Shown here piece after piece: positions 51,230 through 64,000 of a stretch of DNA of 64,000 nucleotides. The position numbers were made by a program, and so were the translations under genes. The DNA comes from Alphaproteobacteria bacterium (GTDB lineage: Bacteria > Pseudomonadota > Alphaproteobacteria > GCA-2731375), in the NCBI GenBank assembly GCA_965232515.1, contig CBDDPY010000002.1, forward strand, positions 704,001 through 768,000. Reading direction: 5' to 3'. Every line of letters starts with the position of its first letter. The stretch's first letter is position 1. The notes beneath the pieces were generated by a model. It worked only from the letters and a program-made list of their open reading frames with translations, did not search any database and was not told the DNA's origin.

Positions 51230-52732
51230 CTAACGGCCAATATTGATCCAGGTCGTCTTCAGCTGCGTGTACTTGTCGAATGCATGGATTGAACGGTCAC
51301 GCCCGAAGCCCGACTGCTTGTAGCCGCCGAACGGCGTGCTCATGTCGACCGCGTCGTAGGTGTTGACCCAGACCGTGCCGGCCCGCAGTGAGCGCGCCAC
51401 CTTGTGCGCCGTCGAGATGTCGCGGGTCCAGACGGCCGAGGCCAGACCGTAGACCGAGTCGTTGGCGATCTTCACGGCTTCCGCGCTGTCCTTGAACGAA
51501 ATCGTCGACAGCACCGGACCGAAGATCTCCTCCTGGGCGATCTTCATCTTGTTGTCGACGTTGTCGAACACGGTCGGCGCGATGTAGTAGCCGCCGGTGT
51601 CGGTCAGCGAACGATCGCCGCCCATCTTCAGGGTCGCGCCCTCGGATTTGCCGGCTTCGATGTAACCGATCACGCGATCGGTCTGGCTGGCGTCGACCAT
51701 GGCGCCCATGTGAGTCTTCGGATCGAGCGGGTTGCCCGGCTGCAGCCGCTCGCCGACCGCCATCACCTTCTCCAGGAATTCGTCCTTGATTGAGTCCTCG
51801 ACCAGCAGGCGCGAGGCGGCATTGCAGACCTCGCCCTGATTGAAGAAGATTCCGAAGGCGGCCGACTTCGCGGCCGCGTCCAGGTCCGGCGCGTCGGCCA
51901 TAACGATGTTCGGCGACTTGCCGCCGCATTCCAGGCTGACCTGTTTCATGTTGCTGTCGGCCGAATAGCGCATGAACATCTTGCCGATCTCGGTCGAGCC
52001 GGTGAAGGCGACAGCGTCGACATCCATATGGCGGCCCAGCGCCTGGCCCGCGGTCTCGCCGAAGCCCGGCAGGACGTTGAAGACGCCCTCGGGAACGCCG
52101 GCCTCGGCGGCAAGCTCGGCGAGGCGGAGCGCACTCAACGGCGACTGCTCGGCCGGCTTCAGGATGACGCTGTTGCCCGCGGCGAGCGCCGGTCCGAGCT
52201 TCCAGGAGGCCATCAGGAGCGGGAAGTTCCACGGCACCACGGCGGCGACGACGCCCAGCGGTTCGCGGGTGATCATGGCGACGGCCGATGGATCGGTTGG
52301 CGCGATCTCGTCGTAGAGTTTGTCCAGCAGCTCGGCGTACCAGGATATGGCGCCGGCGGTGCCCGGGATGTCGACCGTCGACGAATAGCGGATCGGCTTG
52401 CCCATATCGAGGGTTTCGAGCAACGCCAGCTCGTCCCGGTGCTTCAGGATCAGGCCGGCGAACTTCTGCAGGGTCCGCTTGCGCTTGCCCGGGGCCAGGC
52501 CGGCCCAGACGCCGGCTTCGAAGGCCTCGCGCGCCGCCTTGACGGCCCGGTCGACGTCTTCCGTATCGCAGGCCGCGACCTGGGTCAGAACCTTGCCGTC
52601 GACCGGGCTGATGCAGTCGAAGGTCTCGCCCGAGGCGGCGTCGACGAAGGCGCCGCCGATGAATGCCTGGTTTCGGTAGTTCAGGGCGGCGGCCTGGCTC
52701 TGATAGTCGTCAAGGGAAAGGGCTGCGGACAT
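51230..52732 (-). CDS. Aldehyde dehydrogenase, PuuC-like (gamma-glutamyl-gamma-aminobutyraldehyde)
   Basis: LETLDMGKP, PWNFP, KPAEQSP, SNMKQVSLECGGKSP, FNQGEVC, EEIFGP. Confidence 0.85.
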   Translation of the reverse strand: MSAALSLDDYQSQAAALNYRNQAFIGGAFVDAASGETFDCISPVDGKVLTQVAACDTEDVDRAVKAAREAFEAGVWAGLAPGKRKRTLQKFAGLILKHRDELALLETLDMGKPIRYSSTVDIPGTAGAISWYAELLDKLYDEIAPTDPSAVAMITREPLGVVAAVVPWNFPLLMASWKLGPALAAGNSVILKPAEQSPLSALRLAELAAEAGVPEGVFNVLPGFGETAGQALGRHMDVDAVAFTGSTEIGKMFMRYSADSNMKQVSLECGGKSPNIVMADAPDLDAAAKSAAFGIFFNQGEVCNAASRLLVEDSIKDEFLEKVMAVGERLQPGNPLDPKTHMGAMVDASQTDRVIGYIEAGKSEGATLKMGGDRSLTDTGGYYIAPTVFDNVDNKMKIAQEEIFGPVLSTISFKDSAEAVKIANDSVYGLASAVWTRDISTAHKVARSLRAGTVWVNTYDAVDMSTPFGGYKQSGFGRDRSIHAFDKYTQLKTTWINIGR

Positions 52733-52835
52733 GACGGACCTCCTGCGAATTTCCGATTAGCTTGTTGTCATAGATAGCGGTCGGACCGGTTGAAGCCAAG
52801 CGGCTTGCGCCACCCGGACGATCGATTGCCCAATG

Positions 52836-52862
52836 AAAAAGGCCGCGTCCTGAACGCGGCCT
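52836..52862 (-). terminator. Intrinsic terminator after rpmG
   Basis: Minus strand AGGCCGCGT-loop-ACGCGGCC-TTTTT. Confidence 0.8.
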
Positions 52863-52884
52863 CCGTTTCCGGTCTTACGGCCGG

Positions 52885-53052
52885 TTACTTGATCTTGGTT
52901 TCCTTGAACTCGACGTGTTTGCGGGCGACAGGGTCGTACTTCCGCATGGTGATTTTCTCGGTCTGCTTCCGCGGGTTCTTCTTGGTCACGTAGAAGTAAC
53001 CGGTATCCGCCGTGCTCTCGAGCTTGATCTTGATGGTTGCCGGCTTGGCCAT
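52885..53052 (-). CDS. rpmG: 50S ribosomal protein L33 (not in the ORF track)
   Basis: Hand-translated [55 protein letters not shown]. Confidence 0.96.
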   Translation of the reverse strand: MAKPATIKIKLESTADTGYFYVTKKNPRKQTEKITMRKYDPVARKHVEFKETKIK

Positions 53053-53177
53053 GGGACAAACTCCCGTCTCTTGTCTGGCGCCAACATACCCACCGGCGGC
53101 GGCAAGTCAACGTCGGACAGGCCCCGGCCGGCTTCAGGCGTGTATGGTCGGTCGAAATTCAATCTTTGAGGGAGCGG

Positions 53178-53795
53178 TCACTCATAGCGGACATTCGCCA
53201 CGCCGCGCAGGTAGCTGAACAGCGGCACGCCGGGTGGCTGCCAGCCCTGTCGCCGGCGCGATACCTCTCGCAGCACGAACTCGGTGACATCGATCAGGTC
53301 CAGCCGCAGCGCGTCCGACAGTCGAAACCACTGAAGATCCAGCAGTTCGCCATTGCCATTCAGCTCGCCATCGGCGGCGTCGGCGTCGGTCAGAAAGAAA
53401 CGAGCGTGGAAGCGGATGGGGCTGACCGGCGGCGTGATCGCCCGCGCCACGTAGTCCAGCCGATCAAGCGCCGGCCTGAGCTCGCCGTCCTCGACGCGGC
53501 CGACCGTCAATCCCGTCTCCTCGAAGGTTTCTCGGATCGCCGCCGTTGCGAGCGCCCGGGCGCGGCGTTCGGGCCATTTCCGCGTCAGCTTGGCGGCGAC
53601 CTCGGGACGCAGCTCGGTGGCGCAGGCGACGCCGGCGTCAGCGGCGTCCAGCCGGCCGCCGGGAAACACGAAGTAGTTCGGCATGAAACGGTGCCGGGGC
53701 TCGCGCCGCCCAAGCAGAACCTCGGGATCGGCGCCGTCGCCACGCAGCAGCACGAGGCTGGCGGCGTCGCGCGGCTTCACCGGCCGGCTATTCAT
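53178..53795 (-). CDS. NUDIX hydrolase (paralog 2)
   Basis: PRDAAS, FMPNYFVFPGG, AAIRETFEETG, RAITPP. Confidence 0.85.
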   Translation of the reverse strand: MNSRPVKPRDAASLVLLRGDGADPEVLLGRREPRHRFMPNYFVFPGGRLDAADAGVACATELRPEVAAKLTRKWPERRARALATAAIRETFEETGLTVGRVEDGELRPALDRLDYVARAITPPVSPIRFHARFFLTDADAADGELNGNGELLDLQWFRLSDALRLDLIDVTEFVLREVSRRRQGWQPPGVPLFSYLRGVANVRYE

Positions 53796-54480
53796 GGCTC
53801 ATGACGTGCTTGCCGTATTCGTAGCGATAGAACGGCACCTTGCCGCGCCGCTTGCCGCTTTCGCGCGCCGCCGTCAGCGCCTCGAGATTTTCGAGCACGT
53901 ATTTCGTGATGTTCGGCAGCGGCAGGTCCATGGCCTTCTTGACCGGAATCCAGTCGAGATGCAGCAGTTCGCCGCTGCCGTCGATCTTGCCCTCGACCTG
54001 GTCGCCGTTGGCGGCGAAGAAGCGCGCGTTGAACCGGCGCGGCCGATAGGGTGGCGTGATGGCGCGGCAGATATAGTCGAGGCCATCGAGGGCCGGCGCA
54101 TAGCCGGCATCATAGAACGCTCGCCACGGGCCGGAGGTACGGGGAGAGGCGCCGTTCAGCGGTTTGCCCAGGATCAGGCCGGTCTCTTCGAAGGTCTCGC
54201 GAATGGCGGCCAGCGCCAGGGCCTGCGCCTTGCCGGGGCTGGCCGACTTCTGCAGATGCTTGGCGACAACCTCCCGCAGCTGCGTCGCGGGTTTGGCGTG
54301 GTGATCGGCCCGGTCGACCCGGCCGCCGGGAAACACATACCGGTCCGGCATGAACACATGACCGGAATGGCGCTGGCCCATCAGGACGCAGAGCTTGCCG
54401 CGCAGGCGGCGGGTGAGCACGAGCGTGGCCGCGTCACGCGGCCGGAGGGCACGCTTACGTTCGTTCGGTTTGTCGGGCAT
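53788..54480 (-). CDS. NUDIX hydrolase (paralog 1)
   Basis: PRDAAT, FMPDRYVFPGG, AAIRETFEETG, RAITPP; ATG 54480. Confidence 0.85.
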   Translation of the reverse strand: MPDKPNERKRALRPRDAATLVLTRRLRGKLCVLMGQRHSGHVFMPDRYVFPGGRVDRADHHAKPATQLREVVAKHLQKSASPGKAQALALAAIRETFEETGLILGKPLNGASPRTSGPWRAFYDAGYAPALDGLDYICRAITPPYRPRRFNARFFAANGDQVEGKIDGSGELLHLDWIPVKKAMDLPLPNITKYVLENLEALTAARESGKRRGKVPFYRYEYGKHVMSHE

Positions 54481-54556
54481 GACCGCTGAATCGACTGACG
54501 ATGCGGCCAAAGATGCACGCGCCCGGCGCGCCTGTCCAGGGGGTGAGAACGTCAGG

Positions 54557-54976
54557 TTAGTCTTCGCTACCGCCGAAGCCGTGCATGCGTTGCGACCATT
54601 GCAGGCCAACCAGCGAGCCCTTGACGCGCGGCAGGAAGAAGAAGGTCAGCGCCAGCGTCACCGGCAGCCATATCGCCGCATGCACCCAGCTCGATGGCGC
54701 GTAAGCCTTTTCAAGGATCAGCACCAGCGGGATGACGATATGGCCGACGATGAAAATGGTGAAATAGGGCGGGGCGTCGTCGGCCCGATGATGATGCAGC
54801 TCCTGACCGCAGGCCGCGCAGGCATGGTTAACCTTGAGGAACCGATCGAAGATCCGGCCACGGCCGCAATTCGGGCAAAGCTGGCGAAACCCGCGTTTCA
54901 ACGCCCCGAACAACGGCCGGTGCTCGGCATCGCCGCCGAAATAGCGCGGCTCGCATGTCGGCGAATGATCGACCAT
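54557..54976 (-). CDS. DUF983 family membrane protein
   Basis: CPNCGRG, CAACG, RADDAPPY, KG..VGLQW..MHGF. Confidence 0.85.
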   Translation of the reverse strand: MVDHSPTCEPRYFGGDAEHRPLFGALKRGFRQLCPNCGRGRIFDRFLKVNHACAACGQELHHHRADDAPPYFTIFIVGHIVIPLVLILEKAYAPSSWVHAAIWLPVTLALTFFFLPRVKGSLVGLQWSQRMHGFGGSED

Positions 54977-55107
54977 GGACGGCCCCTGAATGTGATAATC
55001 GCTAGCATGTGGGCGCGGCCAGGCATTCGGCAAGGCCCCGGCGTCGCGGCAAACTGCCGCATGCCGGCGGTCGCGGGCGGGTGGCGCCGGGTGTATCCTG
55101 CGGCGTC

Positions 55108-55805
55108 ATGAACCTCGCCATCTTCGATATCGACGGCACCCTGGTCAGAAGCGACGCGCATGAGGATCGCCTGTACTGGCAGGCGCTGGAAACCGTGCTT
55201 GGGCTTGAACGCGAGACCTTCGACTGGGCCAGCTTTCGTCATGTGACCGACAACGGCATCGCGCATGACGTATACCGGCGCCAAAACGGGACGGCGCCGT
55301 CGGCGGACGCCCTGCAGGCAGCCGAGGACCATTTTGCCGAGATGTGGCGGGAAGCGCTGGCCGATATGCCGGCGCACGAGGTCGAGGTACCGGGCGCGGG
55401 TGCGTGGATACAGGAGTTGCTGGCGCATGACGGTTGGCAGGTCGCCATCGCGACGGGCGGCTGGCGGCAGTCGGCGACGGCGAAGCTGACGGCGGCCGGT
55501 ATCGATGTGGCGGCGCTGCCCATGGCCTGCGCCAACGACGCGCTGTCGCGCGAGGAGATCGTGACAACCGCCCGGCGGCGGGCGGAGGACACGCACGATG
55601 TCGAGGCTTTCGAACGGGTGGTCTATCTCGGCGACGGTGTCTGGGATGTCCGCGCGTGCGCCGCGCTTGAGATGCCGTTGGTCGGTATGGCCGTGACGGC
55701 GGCGGTGCGCGAGCGTCTGACCGGCTTGGGCGTCAGCCATGTGCTCGACGACTATCGGGACGTCGCCGCGGCGTTCGTCGCTTTGGAAACGGCCGAGGTG
55801 CCGGG

Positions 55806-55809
<4 letters not shown>
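55108..55809 (+). CDS. HAD family hydrolase
   Basis: FDIDGTL, ATGG, GDGVWD. Confidence 0.87.
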
Positions 55810-58037
<2,228 letters not shown>

Positions 58038-58040
58038 GGA

Positions 58041-60689
<2,649 letters not shown>

Positions 60690-60738
60690 ATAGGCGATCG
60701 ACCCCGTAGCACGATGATCGTTGTTTCAGTAACCGGAC

Positions 60739-61872
60739 TTAGGGCGTCGATACGCGGTTGCCCGGATGGCGCGCCAGTTTCCCGGCGAGCTCAAGTTCCA
60801 GCAAAATGGTTAAAACAACGGATGCTGTCAATTTGCTCTGTCGAATGAGCTCATCGACCGCCACCGGCGTGGGGCTCAGTATTGCGGCAATATGCGCCCG
60901 CGACGAATCCAATTCGGTGGCCTCCGTCAGGGCTTCTTCGGGCGCCATGGCGGGTCTGTCGTCCGGTTCGGCCCGATAGCCCGTCAACATCGGCGACACC
61001 ACCGCCAACACGTCGTCGGCGGTCTCCGTCAGCACCGCGCCCTGCCGGATCAGGCCATTGCTGCCGCGGCAGCGCGGGTCCAGCGGCGAACCGGGAACCG
61101 CGAAGACCTCGCGGCCCTGTTCCAACGCCAGTCGGGCTGTGATCAAGGAACCCGAGCGGAAGGCCGCCTCGACCACCACGATCCCGAAGGCGAGGCCGGC
61201 CACCAACCGGTTGCGGCGCGGAAAGTGACGCGCTTTCGGCACCGTGCCGGGCGGCATTTCCGACACCACGGCCCCCTGGGAAACAATGGCGTCGTAAAGG
61301 TCCTGGTTCTCGGGCGGGAAGATGTTGTCGACGCCACCCGCCAAGACGGCGACCGTGCCCGTATCCACCGCGCCGCGATGCGCCGCCGTATCGATGCCCC
61401 TGGCGAAGCCCGAGGTGACCACCAGTCCGGCGGCGCCGAGCCCACCGGCCAGCTCACGGGCAAATCGGACGCCCGCCGCGGAGGCGTTCCGTGCGCCGAC
61501 GATGGCGACCGAGGGCCGCGCCAGCATGTCCGGTTCACCGCGCACGTAAATAATCGGCGGCGCATCGGCGATGGCCGCGAGACGCACGGGGTAGGCGGCC
61601 TCTCCGAGTGTAAGAGGGTGGGCGGAGAGGGCCGCGGCGCTCTCAAGCTCCCGCTCGGCGAGTTCGCGCGGACAGATGCGGATCGGCGCGCGCCTGCCGC
61701 CCCGACGGGCCAACGTCGGTAGCGCCGACAGCGCCGCCGAAGCCGTGCCGAACCGCTCCATCAGCTGGCGAAAACCAATCGGCCCCACGTTCTCGGTTCG
61801 CGCCAGGCGAACACGCTCGATCCGCTCATCGTCACTCAACTTTTGATGTTGTTCATTCATGAGTAAAAACAT
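60739..61872 (-). CDS. dprA: DNA-processing protein DprA
   Basis: AIVGARNAS, SGFARGID, FPRRNR, SGSLITA, GREVFAVPGSP; start may be 61860. Confidence 0.94.
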   Translation of the reverse strand: MFLLMNEQHQKLSDDERIERVRLARTENVGPIGFRQLMERFGTASAALSALPTLARRGGRRAPIRICPRELAERELESAAALSAHPLTLGEAAYPVRLAAIADAPPIIYVRGEPDMLARPSVAIVGARNASAAGVRFARELAGGLGAAGLVVTSGFARGIDTAAHRGAVDTGTVAVLAGGVDNIFPPENQDLYDAIVSQGAVVSEMPPGTVPKARHFPRRNRLVAGLAFGIVVVEAAFRSGSLITARLALEQGREVFAVPGSPLDPRCRGSNGLIRQGAVLTETADDVLAVVSPMLTGYRAEPDDRPAMAPEEALTEATELDSSRAHIAAILSPTPVAVDELIRQSKLTASVVLTILLELELAGKLARHPGNRVSTP

Positions 61873-62075
61873 GCATTAGTTGCATGTCGTCCGTCAACCG
61901 CACTTCGTGATGACAAGCAGGCCACAAACCGGCAGGATCCGGTCGGGGATTTTCAAACGGCGGGTTAACGCGGGGGCAATCAAGAACCTTGTGTGTTTGT
62001 TAATTCCTGCGCCTCTAACATGGTGACCCTGGCGACAGACGCCAGTTTTCTCCATGACATGAACGGGCTTGCAAC

Positions 62076-62585
62076 GTGACTGGAAAATCTCGCCACGGTC
62101 GCCGTTTGTTCGGCGCACTTGCCACGCTGGGGCTGACGCTGTCCCTCGCGGCACCGGTTCAGGCCGCAAATTGCGCCAGACCGGCGGAGGAGGCCGCCGT
62201 TTACGTTCGCGTGCTGCAAAGCGACCTCATGGTGGCCGCTTTGACCTGTAATTCACGCCATCACTACAACGCCTTTGCAAAGCAGTTCCAGCCCGAGCTG
62301 ATCCGCCATGGCCAGGCGCTGAAGAGCTTCTTCAACCGCCTTCATGGTGCTCGAGCCGACGAGAAGCTGAACGCCTTCGTCACCTATCTGGCGAACGACG
62401 CGTCGGTGCGCAGCATCAACGGGGCTGGCAATTATTGCCAACGGGCCAATGCGGTCTTCAAATCCGTTTTGGCGTTGGATCCGGCGGAACTCGGCGCGTT
62501 CTCTGCCGAACGATTGGCCGCCTCGACGCCGCCGCGGCGGATCGCCTGCACGGCCAGCGAACGCATCGTCATCAGCGACGAATAA
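62076..62585 (+). CDS. Exported hypothetical protein with four Cys
   Basis: Signal peptide, LMVAALTC, YNAF, VTYLAN. Confidence 0.7.
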   Translation: MTGKSRHGRRLFGALATLGLTLSLAAPVQAANCARPAEEAAVYVRVLQSDLMVAALTCNSRHHYNAFAKQFQPELIRHGQALKSFFNRLHGARADEKLNAFVTYLANDASVRSINGAGNYCQRANAVFKSVLALDPAELGAFSAERLAASTPPRRIACTASERIVISDE

Positions 62586-62602
62586 TCACACGAAAAACGC
62601 AT

Positions 62603-62645
62603 TTGGGGCGCCGGTCCGTGTTCCGACCGGCGCCCCAATTTTGTT
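62603..62645. terminator. Likely bidirectional terminator
   Basis: TTGGGGCGCCGGTC-loop-GACCGGCGCCCCAA-TTTTG between convergent genes. Confidence 0.75.
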
Positions 62646-62663
62646 TGCGCCGTTGACGCAACG

Positions 62664-63554
62664 TTATTGGAAGTTGATCTCCACGCGCCGGTTCTGCGGC
62701 TCTCGCACGCCGTCAGGCGTTGGCACCAGCGGATCGGCTTCGCCGCGCGCGGCGACGTTGATCTGCACCGCTGGATAGCCGAGCGCGATCAGCGCGTCGC
62801 GCACCGTTTCGGCGCGGCGGAGCGACAGCCGGTCGTTGTAGGCGTCCGAGCCCGAACGATCGGCGTGTCCGACAACGGAAATGCGCCGAATTTCGCCGGT
62901 CTCGGCATTGTTGGCCGCGGTTCCGACAATCTGCTGTGCTTCCGGCCTCAGACTTGAGTCGTCGAAATCGAAGAACACCAGATAGGCTCGCGGCACGGGG
63001 GCCGGTGCGGGCGCGGGGGCAGGCGTCGGGGCCGGTCTTGCGGCCGGCTGCGGCGCGGGCTGCGCCGCCGGCACCACGGCAACCTCGACTTCCTCGATGA
63101 TCTGCAGATAGGCGTCGCGGCAGGCGGCGATGTCCTCGGGCTGGAAGTTCTCTTCCTTCTCCTGCATCCAGCAGTCGAACATCACCTGCGCCCGCGCGGC
63201 CTGCTGGGGCGCCTTGCTGCCGGCGGTCGCCGCGAGCGCGCTCACCAGCCGTTGCCGGGCCGGGCCGAGCTCGGCGACGCCGTCCTGCGGCAGATTGCGG
63301 TTGCCCAGCGTATCGGGCTCGACCGGATTGCCGCCCGCGGCGTCGATGGCGCGCAGCGCGAAGAAATCGGAATCCCCGTAGTCGCCTTCGGCGAACTCGG
63401 CGGACGAGAGATCGACATAGCCGTCATAGAGTGCCCGATCGAAGTCGGACCCGGTTGGCGTGACGCGCTGTGCTTTCTCCAGTTGCATGCCCGCGCATGC
63501 CGTCAGGGCGATGCAAATGCCGCCCGCAAACACGCTTTTCATAACTCCGCTCAT
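62664..63554 (-). CDS. OmpA family lipoprotein
   Basis: Lipobox LTAC, Pro/Ala linker, FFDFD, GHADRSG, LSLRRA, NRRVEI. Confidence 0.88.
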   Translation of the reverse strand: MSGVMKSVFAGGICIALTACAGMQLEKAQRVTPTGSDFDRALYDGYVDLSSAEFAEGDYGDSDFFALRAIDAAGGNPVEPDTLGNRNLPQDGVAELGPARQRLVSALAATAGSKAPQQAARAQVMFDCWMQEKEENFQPEDIAACRDAYLQIIEEVEVAVVPAAQPAPQPAARPAPTPAPAPAPAPVPRAYLVFFDFDDSSLRPEAQQIVGTAANNAETGEIRRISVVGHADRSGSDAYNDRLSLRRAETVRDALIALGYPAVQINVAARGEADPLVPTPDGVREPQNRRVEINFQ

Positions 63555-63631
63555 CGCAGTCTCCCTGATCGTTTGCCGGACCACCGGTCCCTTGGTTTGC
63601 ATCCGCCGTTGAAGGGCCGACGCCAATCTTT

Positions 63632-64000
63632 TCAAAGCCCGTTATGGCGATATTCGTCCTTTGAGATGACAAGATCGCCATTGGTGTCGAGGCGCATGAA
63701 CCGGACCGGTCCCAGCGCCCAGAACTCGACCGTGGTCAGGATGCCGTCGCGGTCTTCGTCGGCCTCGCGAAACTGCTCGGGCAATTCAGGTCCGCCTTCC
63801 GGCACCGTTCCCGCCCGCACTTTCGCGGCCTCAATCCATTCATCTGTTGTGATCTTGTGGTCGCCGTTCAGATCGAGGGTCTTGAACAGCCGGTGCCGGT
63901 AGGCATTCGCCTCGTCAACCGTGATCACGTCATCGCCGTTGCGGTCGATCCCGAGAAACTGCGCGACCGCGATATCGTTCGCGGCGGCTGACATTTGCCA
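63632..64000 (-). CDS. EF-hand protein (four motifs), probably 5'-truncated by window
   Basis: DRNGDDVITVDE, DLNGDHKITTDE, DEDRDGILTTVE, DTNGDLVISKDE; frame open to the window edge. Confidence 0.8.
   Translation of the reverse strand, partial: WQMSAAANDIAVAQFLGIDRNGDDVITVDEANAYRHRLFKTLDLNGDHKITTDEWIEAAKVRAGTVPEGGPELPEQFREADEDRDGILTTVEFWALGPVRFMRLDTNGDLVISKDEYRHNGL

Overview
High-GC alphaproteobacterial chromosome segment (Rhodospirillales-like by gene content; inference). Most of it is a conserved housekeeping backbone: mccB/mccA, Leu dehydrogenase, a GS-like/ALDH/Fe-ADH operon, VWA-DnaJ, galU-ugd-pgm, DD-carboxypeptidase, phasin, clpS-clpA, HIT/GNAT/GDPD/RidA, eipB, dinB, divK-pleD, rpmG, NUDIX, rnr, topA, dprA, an OmpA lipoprotein and an EF-hand protein. 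Two accessory blocks stand out. (1) 11.1-14.15 kb: a lower-GC two-gene cassette (unknown protein with a candidate amphipathic beta-hairpin, plus a pentapeptide-repeat/non-catalytic FGE-CLec fusion). It is bounded by diverged direct repeats, contains a 48-bp near-perfect palindrome after the second gene, and is followed by a decayed IS5-family element. This is the best candidate for an undescribed sensor-effector system. (2) 41-48 kb: FkbM methyltransferase, AT-rich DNA with a perfect CRP-type box, unannotated small ORFs, a SARP-like/alpha-beta-hydrolase regulator flanked on both sides by matching 12-bp-period repeats, a P450, a GT2 and a PEP-CTERM-like protein. No rRNA, tRNA, CRISPR array, integrase or reverse transcriptase was recognised. 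All product calls come from motif recognition by eye, not from database searches.
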